Assembly (NCBI GenBank): GCA_051294905.1
Contig: CM119371.1
Coordinates: forward strand, 34,102,001-34,166,000
DNA from: Botryllus schlosseri
Lineage: Eukaryota
Length of the DNA: 64,000 nucleotides
Reading direction: 5' to 3'
Position 1 is the stretch's first letter. Every line of letters begins with the position of its first letter. The position numbers and the translations under genes are program-made. Of the stretch, positions 40,372-53,224 are shown one piece after another. The notes under the pieces were generated by a model. The model was not told the DNA's origin. It saw only the letters and a list, made by a program, of their open reading frames with translations, and did no database searches.

Positions 40372-41904
40372 GTGATACAGTGAAATAGCTATCCGATGTC
40401 GTAATGATACAGTGATCCATACTATACATGGAATCGTAGATGATTCGACGCCGAGCCGAGTATTAAACTTTGAGTCGAGTCGACTCTGCGAGTATCACCA
40501 ATTATGACGTCATGCACATGGAGAAATTGAGATAAGGGCAACCTTTCATTTCACAAATAATAATCAACCGTTGAACTTGATCAGAAATAATTTCGTATGG
40601 GCATAAAAATAGCGCAACGCCATACTTACAATGCATAGCTGGTACCTCGTGTTTTGGATGATGTGATGTGTAGGAAGTATCGAACGATAATTCTCCTTGA
40701 GAATATAATTCGCAATCGCAAGAGGCGTGTAAATTCGGTACTGAAAAAGCTTCAGAACACCCGAGTATGACATTTAAGCTCTCGACACTTACGCAGCTAT
40801 TATTTCTGGAGTTGATTTCGGTCGGACTCGACCTCGTAAGCCATTGGTGTGGCAGCTCTGGTCAGACTTATTATGATAGGCAGCAAAAACTTACATTCAG
40901 CTTTAAACGGGCGCCCAAAGTCATCCCAGCTGTCGTTGTCGCTATGAGAGGTGCCGACGAAACGTACGAGGAGTACGGAATTTATGTATAGCCTATACAT
41001 ATTGACTGAGAGGTGACATTCGTACACAAAACCTATTAACATAACTTATAGTTCTTACTCCTTAACAACCGCATCATACAAGATTACTATTAGGCTACTC
41101 ATGGATTATAGTACATTTTGAAAACAAGAAAATGTTGCTCAGTTCAACAAAGCAAAAATAGAGAAAGAGGCAAATATGGTTGGTAACGACTCTGTAGTCT
41201 TTTCTGTACGTCTGGATGATCGTTTTATAAAGTTAGAAATTATTCTGTTCAGACGTGATCAGTTGTTATGAATCAGCAATACCATTTCCGAAATCCAGAC
41301 AGATCACATTGATCATTTTCGTTATACGAATAAATTTACAAAACAAACATGTCAAATTATGTCATTGCCGTTTTGTCACCCAATTATTTCTGTTATACGA
41401 TTGCTGCATCACTGCATCATTATGACATCGGATAGCTATTTCACTGTATCACTGTAGGCTATACTTCGAGTCATGTTGCAAGATATTGAGAGATACTGTA
41501 AACTGTAAAGTAAATATGGGTGACTCAAAGACCCGATACATAACAGACCTCATACATGGTTTACTGCCTCGAATATAATCGGCACAAGCCCGCTTACGTA
41601 AAAAGTGATGGCACGCGCGGTCTTCAATCTAGCATCCATCTCGGCCTAATAATGGCCCAGGTGATTGGCTTCTATTTTGATCTCTTCAGCTGTGTTTCAG
41701 TTGCCTATCCTTGCAATTCACTGTTCACTTTCCTGGCATTCGCAAAGCCGTGTCTTTGTCAAAGAATTAGCCAAGATAAACCGAGGAGGGTTGTTGTTCT
41801 GATCGTACAAATAAGAAAGGATTCCCTTGCAAATGCTCAAGAGAGAGCGAGAGTGAAAGAGAGAGAGAGAGAGAGTGAGAGAGGAAGCGAACAAACTTAT
41901 TTTT

Positions 41905-42020
41905 ATCCTAACCAGCGGATACCGTGGATACCAGTTTTCGAATCTTAGGTCTGACCCGCCCGGAGATTGAACCCATGATTTACAGATCAAACAGAGGCGC
42001 GCAGCACTGCTATGCTACCC
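41905..42020 (-). mobile_element. tRNA-derived SINE head (second family)
   Basis: Minus strand ggtagcatagcagt...gggttcaatctccgggcgggtcagacc: degenerate A/B boxes. Confidence 0.45.
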
Positions 42021-42647
42021 CCCCCCACCATTCCTTCCATCAGTTCCGCCACACACAGATAATCCTACCCCACTTGGGAGGGGGTGCCGAAGGGTGTCGA
42101 AAATATTTCGTAGAAGAACATTAATGATACGCTCTATATTTGAACGTTTTTGCAACTTTTTAATCTTTCTCGCGCTGGGTGCGATTTCATGTAGATAAAT
42201 GTTTTGATTATCAGCCACCCTTCCTCCACGATAAATACGCATCATTTATGGAAGTAGACATTTAAGGGTTGGCCATTAACACGCCACGATGTATGAAGAC
42301 ATATGAAGTTTGGGCCAACATGGGTCTCAGAGAAGTGTGCCAAAAAGATCGTCAGCGAGAAAGCATTATCCGAAAGAGGATTGCCCTTATGTAGACCGTA
42401 AACTTCGTTATAAAAATGTCTTTGTCCGGGTGCCTAAATTGCTGGCGCCGAATATTCATGTCGTGACAATCTGGACCTCACATGACAAATGACATCTCAT
42501 CCCAAATAATTGTTTGACAGTGAAGAAATACCAATTTTGAATCGTGTGCTTCTTTTAGTTTAGTAGCCTACATATAGGCGAGTTCAATATCTTTTGATTA
42601 CATAGCGCGCATGAAGTCAAGAAATAACAACATGTAGCTAAGTAATT

Positions 42648-43340
42648 CGTTGAACCGATAGCAGACGATATAGATAATAATAAGATCTTGGTTATGCTTT
42701 CACACCTTATCTAACGTCCACTTGCAAAGTAATAAATATATTTATTATACGAGCTTTCGGAGCGCCGCTCCTTCATCAGGTGTTAAAGTGAAAGTAACGC
42801 AAAAGATTTTGAATCCAAACATATACGCATATTGTGACATCATAGACAAAAGTACTTTCAGATCAGAAAAATGTGTACATTTATGACGTCATAAACAGGA
42901 AACTCGAAGTTCATATTTTAAACGGCTACAGCAAGTTGTGGCACTGAAAATGAGATTTGATAGAGTGTTTACAGTAATTGAATGCACACCCGCCGAATAT
43001 ATCAACAGCAGCTTCGCATGGTGTAATGTGACATGGAGCCTCGATCTATATTTAGCCCTTGATGGAACATGTTAAATATGTCGATGTATTTTTGTTCTGT
43101 GGCCTTGCGCATGATTGAGTTCTCGATGTTCCCGGCCAACACGTTGATTATCATATCATTTTCTTAGTGTCCTGCTGAAGAAAAGTGCTCATCGACAGGC
43201 TTCGATCTGTTGCATTTAGAAATGTCGTGTCGATGCTGAAATTCTCTTATGGAGTGGTTGACCAGTTTCTCCAACGTACCAGGCATTGCCACATCCATTT
43301 CGGCAACGAATTAAATATATCAAGTCATTGGACTTGCATG
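42648..43340 (-). mobile_element. 5'-truncated Penelope-like retroelement (GIY-YIG endonuclease remnant plus pseudo-LTR)
   Basis: The minus strand translates, with lesions, to TCKSNDLIYLIRC..C..WYVGETGQPLHKRI..HRHDI..PVDEHFSSAGH..RKATEQKYI..GLN; flanked by a 15-bp direct repeat tgtagctaagtaatt (42633-42647 and 43341-43355). Confidence 0.9.
42745..42786 (-). ncRNA. Minimal hammerhead ribozyme motif in the Penelope-like pseudo-LTR
   Basis: Minus strand uuaacac-CUGAUGA-a-GGAGC-ggc-GCUCC-GAAAGCUC-guauaa: core boxes, 5-bp stem II, palindromic AGCU stem III. Confidence 0.75.
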
Positions 43341-46300
43341 TGTAGCTAAGTAATTGCACCAACGGGCCCGCCCGATTATGTTCATTTGTTCAATTATTAA
43401 TTACGTGCCCTGAATATTCCTAGACAATACCTCACTCAGCTCTACAGGTAAATCTGATTACGTGGACTGAGAGGATACAAAATTTATAGCAATATATTAG
43501 CAATTATCAATACTATTGACCGAATCAATCATTAATTATAAAAAAATTTACGTGGTCGCATCTGAGTTGAAATTACATAGGTCAAAAGTGCTACATTCGG
43601 TCAAAGTTGGCGGTCACCGGATAGATATATGATTCTTGATTGTATCAATGTGAGGCGTGATGCTATGTAACAGTCACTGGATTCATGGCTTTTCCCTATA
43701 CAAGAATAATATATTGCTCGGAGTGCAGTAGTCAACGCAGATGAATGTAAAATGTGATCTAATATAGCCGCGGGTGTAATCATCCCCTTTCCGCATCCAC
43801 ACCAATTTCGTTGCTAGCACCGACTAGCATCGCCATAGAAACTGCTTTACCGTCTGCGAAGTAACACGTGCTAATGATAACAATATATCTCGTCGTAATT
43901 CTCGGCCTACGGACCATGTGACCTCAATCAGCTTTCCATACCTACGTAAGTTTGTAGCAATTCCATAAATGATTGTAATCACCCTATCATCGTCACCAGA
44001 AACGCATAGTTGAAAACGTGTGATATCAACCCAGCGTACGTTTAACAATAAATTCAACTGAAGTAGCTCATGTCATCCGCTCATACCATGCAGCAGTGTT
44101 GATTGAAAAATCGAGCTGGTTTATTCGTCATCACATACAAGGATAAAATGACTCTGCAAAGCTAACATAAACAAATATTGATGATCAGGCTGAAATGTGG
44201 CGATATAGGATTGGAAAGCAGCCAAGTGCAAATAGTTAATTAGTTGACTTGTTTGGCATTTCATAACGTCACAATGCTGCGACAGGAGAATGTCAAATCA
44301 AACAGCTATCAAACATATTGTGGTATCAGCTATAAATACTCAGAGTGTCGGATTCGCATGAAGCGCCGGTTACAAAGCTCAGTATAGGCTTCAAACCCAC
44401 AATCCTACATTATATGCGTTACATTAATACTTTCCATGGGTACAGATATTTTAGTTTCCTTATATTAAAACAAGGTAAGAAGCAGTCTGATTCGGGTATC
44501 GATTACGGCCCCCGTCTGTTCAAGTCAAGGCAAGGGCAACATTACATATATTGAATGACTGATGTTGAAGTGATCAGAGGGTATAGCGTCATCATCGTTG
44601 CTCATTATGGCAGACTAGGGAGTGATAGTCACATTTGCGTCTGGTTATAATGAAGCCTCCGCAGGCACTTATCGGTCACGCATTGAACAGAATTGCGTGA
44701 CGGCAAATTCATTGGAGTGTCTTCCCAGCTACCTTAACGTCTCGATTGTTTGCAGTGGCTGAAAAACAAGGCAGCGATGTAATGCCAAATTGTTAACTAC
44801 ATGCAAAGTACACACGTTTGGAGATGATACACAACTCCAGTAAATTGCAAAACAAAAATGCAACATGATAAGTTGCCTCATCAAGATTGAGCTTTACAAT
44901 AGGCCACACACTGAATTTTACAACGAATCAATAAAACGAAAAGGCAGATGTTATCGTCACTATATGCTTCCTCACACAGCGTTTGAATACGATTTATCAA
45001 TATCAATATTTATCAGTATCTAGTTGAATTATTTGAAATTAATCGGGAAACAATATAAAGTTAACGTTACGCGATCAAAATATTCTCAGATATATTGAGC
45101 GGGCAGTCAACATTTTACTAATTGAGTTATGTGAACACGTTATCAAGGAGGATTCTGAATCCGTTGCTACTCACATAGACGTTTAAAAATGTATCAGAAA
45201 GCGCGTTACGAAGTGAAAATCTATTACGACATGAATTGAATTAGTGAGGGAAAGGTCATAGGCCGCAGTATCCGTTTGGCGACTGTCCTGTCCAGTATTT
45301 ACCCGTTCGCGTGAAATATAACACAACAGAAGAGAAATGCGTTCTATATTCAATACTCACTTTTTGTCATGGAAATGGAGTCGGCATGGCGATCCAAATT
45401 CACACGCTATTGTACGCAGAATTCAGCAGCTATGTAGAATACTCTTCAATACGCAGAACGAATCGTTCGATGACAACATTGATTGGGAAGTAACTCATTC
45501 ACGCATGTTTGCATCTTAAACTTTTCTTATAAGATTCGTGTTTATAGGATTCATGCTAATATACTTGTCATGAAACTTTAGGGCCATGAGGTGCTAATAC
45601 ATCTTCTGCATCATTCTACATCATCTGCTAGTCCATCGTCCAAAGTAACGTCCATTAAAATAACCTGCTAATACGCTGAAACTAATCTTTCAATCACTCG
45701 GTGACAGCGGACATGAGACCTTACCAGTTGATGGCACGCAATTGGTCGCGCGTACGTATACAATACTAAAGTCATCGACCTAATTCAACATTGTGAATTG
45801 TGCCTATCTCTGTAAGAAAGGCGGCATGTTAAATTTTTTGTGATAAAAGTAGGCTATTCCTAAGCTACTGATCGATCTGTATATTCTGCGAATTCGGTAG
45901 CCTTTGGGAGACAAAAACCGGCTTTTCAAACGCCAATACCGGGCCAACCCCGGGTCCCAAGCCGTTGAATCGGATATCATCGCGTTCAGTTCGACGAGAG
46001 GAAAACGGGGATAACTCTGTCGAACCCCTTAGACCAGCGGTTGTCGGTCGGTATTTCGATCTCTGTTCTGATACCGACCGATCGAAAAACCAATTGCGTA
46101 ACCCATATTGGCGTACCATCACGGGTTTTTGGGAGAAAACTTTTTTCTACGCGTCCCAGCCCCATTTCCCGGGCATCGTTGGAATCGTAATCGAATTACG
46201 CGTCTGCCGGTACCAAATTTATCCGGCTACGATATTCGGTTGGCGAGAAATCGGTCATTAAAAAAACTGTGAAAAAAGCGCTATACACTGTTTTTTGAAG

Positions 46301-47469
46301 GCCGATCCCGAGTCAGCTGAAAGTCCGATACGATCGTATCGGGTATCGGTCTACGCGGGGCCCGAAGACGAACGCAGCGGTACCTCGTATGGCCCAGTGG
46401 TGTGAACGACCGAGACGGAACCTCGGATAGCCCGCCTATGAAAAACGTGAACTTCTCGGATGATCCACCTATCCAGGATAATCCGAGGATTTTAATCGAA
46501 AAACTCACATAACTCCGCTTCTACTGGTCGGAATTGAGTCAAATTTGTTTTGCAACGTCTTTGAAAACAGCTCAACAATTTCATGGGGTTGGCAGAAAAA
46601 TTTGATTTTTTTTTAAATTTTACCTAATAAATTAAAAATTCTAATTTGATCTGCGGAGTCCTATGCTTGTTAGAATTGAACCAAATTTGGTGTGCAGTGT
46701 TTTTTTAGAGTAAGCTGACAATTTAATAAGTGAATGGCTGGAATCCGGAATTATTTTTTATGACATTTATGATCAGTGCGGGATTTGAAGCACAGGTCTG
46801 CAGACATGGGCGGAGCCTGGAGCCTATTAAATCATATTACGTCGCGTGCAATACCTCGGTTACAATGATGATGACCCTATCAAGCGCCAAGGTAATCAAG
46901 GAGGTTCGCAATTCGAAATGAAGATAGGTTGGGATTGGTTTATACAGGGTTTGACGCTTTGGCCATGTTGATAATTGTAATTATAATTGATCGGGCAGGG
47001 TTATTACCCGTAACATTTATGATACCTTACAAAACGCGTATTCAACGTAGTATTGGCGACAACTATAGCTTTAGTTACGAAATTACACATGAAGGAAATC
47101 TATCGGTATCAAGGTCAATATTACATGACTTCACTATTTCGAATCTGGTTTTACTGGTGGATGGCTGCATCAACAAACCCACTCTGACTGTTTTAGTATA
47201 GATTAGTGAAGATTCATTCGACTCCGAGCCGGTAAATCTAGGTTAATGTGTTTCAACTGCGAAAGTATGAACAGTGAACATAGACGATATCAGATCGATG
47301 CGATTCATGAAAGCAATTTTCACGCCGCAATATAGCGTACCCCAACAATTTTGGTCGTTATTGTTTGATATTCACGGTGCTCGACTACATTGTTCACATT
47401 TTACACCATGCCGATGTTTTCTATGCCATATTTACCTTCATAAGACAACGATTACGCGAATGAGATGCT

Positions 47470-47600
47470 ACGTAGAAGCCGAGATAAACCTTTATTACCT
47501 TAGTAAAAATTCTGGAGTCGACCTCGGTCGGACCCGAAACCGCAACCAGCTGGTCTTGCGGTTGTGGATTATTCTACTATGCGCTATCTCGCCACGCTCT
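47470..47600 (-). mobile_element. Degenerate head of the tRNA-derived SINE
   Basis: The reverse complement matches 52947-53065. Confidence 0.6.
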
Positions 47601-48315
47601 CACTAGCGAGCATGATTGAATTGGAGATCTAGGCGTGTCTATGAATGCGGCGAATGTTCGGTTAGGTTTGCTGGATTTCCCGCTGCGTAGAAGCCGAGGC
47701 CAGTCAAATGGAAATTTCAGTCATTTTTGAAGTAATAGTATTTACGGTGACCAATTTCGTCACACCGACATGACCAAAAATCGTGTTTCATTTATGCCTG
47801 AAGAGGCAGGGATGTCTTCTAGACTTGTTTTGATCTTGACAAGGGCCTACATCGCCAGTAAATGAAAGAAATTGATGACACATATTAGCTGTAAATTAGT
47901 CCACTTCATTGAAATAGACACGTTAAAACGATGGTGAGATAATTTTCCAATAGAGTAGTTTACACACTGAAATTCACGACCACAATAAGCACGCAAAATA
48001 CGGGTAAATATATTTTTCAAGTGATAGTCAATATCTATATTCTTTATCGGTCCAAGGTGGATTCCTTCACGCTACAATTTGATATTTATGATATTCTATC
48101 ATTTGCTCTGCAGCACTCCTATAGTACTCTTACAGGCGGATTATAAGACTAATTGGCATCGTGACAGATCTTATTCCTATCAAAAGTCATCGTCCTTTTT
48201 TCATGTCATCCTCCACATTCGGTGAATACCATCTAATACAGGGGTGGGCAAACTACGGCCCGCGGGCCGCATGCGGCCCGCCAAACCGTTCTGTGCGGCC
48301 CGCGAGAGTCTAAAG

Positions 48316-50232
48316 CAGAGGTCTCAAACTCAAATGTGCTCGCGGGCCAATTCCTACTTTTTGATGGCGCCGCGGGCCGCAGCACCAATAATAGGGGATT
48401 TCAATGTACTTCAAAGTAGACCCTATTTCCGGGTTTCGAGCATAGGCCTACTCCTGATAACTAGGCTATATTGATCATGTCATTACCGAAGTCAAATAGA
48501 ATCAGCGTTTGATTTGACCTTCGAATGTTGGAACAGATCAATAACAACTTCACATAATGGATACTGTGCCATATAGCAATAGAAATGTGCAATTGCCGAA
48601 AAATCGATTGGTGTTACAGCTGTGAAGCGTAGGCTACGACTAATTAATACTCGCCATATTAAATTGGTGATAATGACATACATAAAGATACCCAATATGA
48701 CACAGGATGTATCCAACTATACATCAAAGGGGTGACATAATGCCAATTGCCACACCTACCTGCTTAGATATCTAAATAAGCTAAGCAATGCAAGCTACGA
48801 CCTTTTGATATTCTATCATTTCTTATATCAGTTTGATATAGTTTGTTCATAGTGTCCTATATGGTGTGGACACAAGTAGATCTCACGGCTCAGTGAAATT
48901 GGTCTACGTCACACTTTCTATTTGGTCAAAGGCAATTTGACGGTAATTTTTGACCGGCTTGTCCAGCATTATCATGGTATCAATGGAAAGCTATCACGGT
49001 ACTGATTGCGAAAATACAAATTTTAGACCAGAGGTCTCAAACACGCGGCCCGCGGGCCGCATGCGGCCCTCGAGACCATTTTGTGCGGCCCGCGACGGCA
49101 TTTGGGATTTCGAAGTATTCGACAATATTTACCTCCACTTTTTTTATGAGAACTTAAAATTCGCTCTAAAACTACTCCAGAAGCCTGAAACTACTCATCA
49201 AATCACCAAACTCATTTACAATGCAACATTCGAGGCTTAGTTTGGGTAGTTCCAGGGCCACGGACGGACAGTCTAAAATTTGTATTTTCGCAATCAGTAC
49301 CGTGATAGCTTTCCATTGATACCATGATAATGCTGGACAAGCCGGTCAAAAATTACCGTCAAATTGCCTTTGACCAAATAGAAAGTGTGACGTAGACCAA
49401 TTTCACTGAGCCGTGAGATCTACTTGTGTCCACACCATATAGGACACTATGAACAAACTATATCAAACTGATATAAGAAATGATAGAATATCAAAAGGTC
49501 GTAGCTTGCATTGCTTAGCTTATTTAGATATCTAAACAGGTAGGTGTGGCAATTGGCATTATGTCACCCCTTTGATGTATAGTTGGATACATCCTGTGTC
49601 ATATTGGGTATCTTTATGTATGTCATTATCACCAATTTAATATGGCGAGTATTAATTAGTCGTAGCCTACGCTTCACAGCTGTAACACCAATGGATTTTT
49701 CGGCAATTGCACATTTCTATTGCTATATGGCACAGTATCCATTATGTGAAGTTGTTATTGATCTGTTCCAACATTCGAAGGTCAAATCAAACGCTGATTC
49801 TATTTGACTTCGGTAATGACATGATCAATATAGCCTAGTTATCAGGAGTAGGCCTATGCTCGAAACCCGGAAATAGGGTCTACTTTGAAGTACATTGAAA
49901 TCCCCTATTATTGGTGCTGCGGCCCGCGGCGCCATCAAAAAGTAGGAATTGGCCCGCGAGCACATTTGAGTTTGAGACCTCTGTTTTAGACTGTCCGTCC
50001 GTGGCCCTGGAACTACCCAAACTAAGCCTCGAATGTTGCATTGTAAATGAGTTTGGTGATTTGATGAGTAGTTTCAGGCTTCTGGAGTAGTTTTAGAGCG
50101 AATTTTAAGTTCTCATAAAAAAGTGGAGGTAAATATTGTCGAATACTTCGAAATCCCAAATGCCGTCGCGGGCCGCACAAAATGGTCTCGAGGGCCGCAT
50201 GCGGCCCGCGGGCCGCGTGTTTGAGACCTCTG
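48316..50232. mobile_element. hAT MITE (about 955 bp) containing an inverted copy of itself
   Basis: Termini cagaggtctcaaac / gtttgagacctctg; perfect TSD gtctaaag. Confidence 0.92.
49029..49983. mobile_element. Inverted, near-identical inner copy of the 48316-50232 element
   Basis: Same termini; perfect TSD ttttagac (49021-49028 and 49984-49991). Confidence 0.92.
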
Positions 50233-50690
50233 GTCTAAAGAAACTTTTTAAAAATATTGATAAATTCCGTACTAAAAATGGAGGACTTCATTAAACTTTT
50301 TCTTAGTATATTTCACCATGATAATTCGAAGACAGTGGTTCTAAAACTGATTTACGCCCTCCCTCCACTGAAATTTTTTTCGCGCTCCACGCGATTCTCA
50401 TTCACGTCATGATTATTGCTCTGTATTTAGTCTCAATTTCATATTTAAAAATTCCTGATCCACATTCGTAACCCTCTGTGGCATCAAACTATCTGTTAGG
50501 TTGCTAGCACCCTAGTTGCGTTTTGTGATATGACGATAAGGATGGCGCGAAATTTTTCACCATCACAAGGGGGATCGTGTCTCAAAAAATTTGATAGCCA
50601 CAATTCTGAGGTAAATACTGTCTTACTTTATGATTAATTTCTGGCGCGACAGCCCGATCTGAAGGCGCACGCAGTTCTAAAGGTTTCAAC

Positions 50691-51346
50691 TAGGGATGGT
50701 GCGAACCTCTGAAAGGTTCAGGTTCGTGTGAACGCGAACCTTTTTGAAAGGTTCTGTGTGAACACGAACGTGAACCTCATGACGTCACGTGACGTCATAT
50801 TGCTAATTCTAACCCTATCTTTCAATGAAGTGATAGCCTATATCAATGTACAATTGTACATGTACAGTACATGTACGTACACGATACCTAGCGACGACTC
50901 GGGCCACATAATCCCACAATGCGGACGTACATATTGGCGTTTCAAACGTCGCTGAATGTATCAACTGAGGCAATCAAATGATACAATACTTCCATAAAAT
51001 CAATATTATCCGTCGCTTTGCCAACAACTTCGACGAGGACTTACCAGGGAATATAAGAAACGCCTTAACGGTCTTGGCCAGACCGGACAATGTATTCGGC
51101 GTCTGATTATTGCTACATATTCGCTTTGTGTTTATTTTTTCTGCTGCCAGCACCATGCATAAAGTGGCCCGCAGTTGAAATGCAATAAATTCGTACCAAA
51201 GATGTCATAATAAAGTGAAAATTGCAATATATTAAAAAGGTTCACAGTGCAGAACCTATCAAGGTTCTGTTGTGAACGCGAACCTCTGAATTTCCGAGGT
51301 TCACACACAGAACGCGAACGTGAACCTCACGTTCACACCATTCCTA
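50691..51346. mobile_element. hAT (Ac-type) MITE with gtgaac/gaacct repeats
   Basis: Termini tagggatggtgcgaac / gttcacaccattccta; perfect TSD gtttcaac; partial ends also at about 11716 and 12446. Confidence 0.9.
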
Positions 51347-52946
51347 GTTTCAACTACTAAACATCGCGGAAACCCTAAACGAGATTGACATAATTCGGAT
51401 GACGAGTGGGATTTCATATTGAACACTTCATTGCAGTTTTAATTATTTCAGTGATGCGCTTATAGAAACCATTTGCGCGTGTCTCTGTATGCGTAGAATT
51501 GGGGTATTTATATTTTATCTACACATCGTAGATGCGTGTTTGAAGCTAACATTCTTATGGTGCTGTCAGTATTGTGTCCTGGAACTGAGCCAAAAGTGTA
51601 TTAGTAAATCTATGAACAGATCGCTGCTCATAGATTTAAATTGTAATCCTGTTCTAAGAATCGGGACAAACGACTTTCATCTCTATAATTTTGACAAATT
51701 GGTTATTGAATTCGACCAGCCTATGGAATCTCGCCACTATGTTTCTGAAGTGTGTACGAAATCATCAAAGCAATGTTTGTTTTGTTTTAAATAGGAACAT
51801 ATATAATCTCCATGTCTTCGCCACATAATCTCAATTTTATATAATGCGGCCCGCGAATGGATTTAGATGTTGAATGCGGCCCGCGAGCTCAAAAGTTTGC
51901 CCACCCCTGATCTAATAACTAATTGTATCCATATATCGTGTTAAATCACCAATGTTTTTTATTACTTTATGACAAGAAGGGGGTTCTGGTGATATTGAAA
52001 GACCAGAAAATATCTAATGTGCTTTATAAGCTCAGTGGGTTACCATTTAGTTTCCCTGAAGCTCGCAAAGTTTCCAGCACATACACAGCTCTAGTATCAA
52101 CGCCTAAGTGAAGTACCATAAATGCTTTTTCAACTCATAAATACCATTCATTGGCATAGCCCATTCTCAATTGCAATCGGCATCATTTACGCCCTGGATC
52201 AGTCAATGTCAAGTGGCAGAGAAATATTCGAACGCTGAGTTGCTGAGGAATGCAATTGATGTCTCTGTGGATGAGATTTTTGGAATGGCGACTTTGCAAT
52301 CAGTAAAAACTTCGAATCAAGGCAGAGAGACATCGGTGTGCCCTGCATAACTGGGATTGATTTCATGAAATCTAAATTGGTCCGACAAAAATACATGTTA
52401 CTATAACTGGAGAAATATATTTACCCGTATTTTACCTGCTTGTCAGCTCATTTTATTTTCGTCGTCCTTAATTTCAAAAAATTACCCCACCACCCTTTAA
52501 TGGAGTTATTTTAATGAAGTGGATTAATTTCCAGCTAATCCATAACGATTTGAAGCGGCTATAACATGACGAGAGTCTGAGATAGGAGGTAGAGACATGT
52601 TAAAGTGGTCTTTATTCGAAGGTTTCTGTCTTGCAGCACTAGTAATAATTGATCAAAAAGTGTGCCTTACGTTAAGCCGAAAATTGCCTTATAGCTGCTA
52701 ATACACTCCAAGTCCATGAAACAAGAAGCTTCCGATGGATATTAGGGTCGATTATAATAAATGAATATATTTATTATTTTATGGTAACTGAGATCTGCTA
52801 TCGCAGCAAGGTAGCTATTGAATGTCGTAGTTATTTGCATACCAGCCGTAGAGAACTGGTGATCTAATCTGCAGCATGGCCAACTGTAGCTTCTTATAAA
52901 GACACATGTTCCGTATTTTCACAGCAGTTTTCAAACGCAAATATGT

Positions 52947-53224
52947 GCGTGGTGAAATGGCGTGGTCATTGGTATAATCCACAGCTGCAACACCAATGGG
53001 TTGTTGGTTCGAGTCCGGCTGAGGACGACACGAGAATTCCTACCCAAGTGTTGGAGGTTTATCTAGGCTCCTCGTCGTCATGTGATCCGCGTAAGCGGTG
53101 ATTTATAAAAGCCTAGGACTGGGCTGTGCTAAAAGTCGGTGAATACGGAATCAAAAAATGAATATAGGCATACTCTAAAACTACCAAATTAGTCAAAACA
53201 CCATGAATAAAAAACAAACAAACG
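52947..53224 (+). mobile_element. Apparently full-length tRNA-derived SINE
   Basis: A-box-like tggcgtggtcattgg, B box ggttcgagtcc, (aaac)n tail; several dispersed partial copies in the window. Confidence 0.8.

Larger units (their letters stand above)
48239..51909. mobile_element. Composite Buster/Charlie-type MITE, copy C, expanded by three later insertions
   Basis: Termini caggggtgggcaaact / agtttgcccacccctg; perfect TSD atctaata. Confidence 0.92.

Noticed and set aside
48492..49807. Two near-identical 74-aa hydrophobic ORFs on opposite strands
   Set aside because: A by-product of the self-inserted MITE; non-ATG start and no recognisable domain.
52190..52330. Frame reading CQVAEKYSNAELLRNAIDVSVDEIF, faintly BACK-domain-like
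   Set aside because: Too short, with no supporting exons or splice sites.
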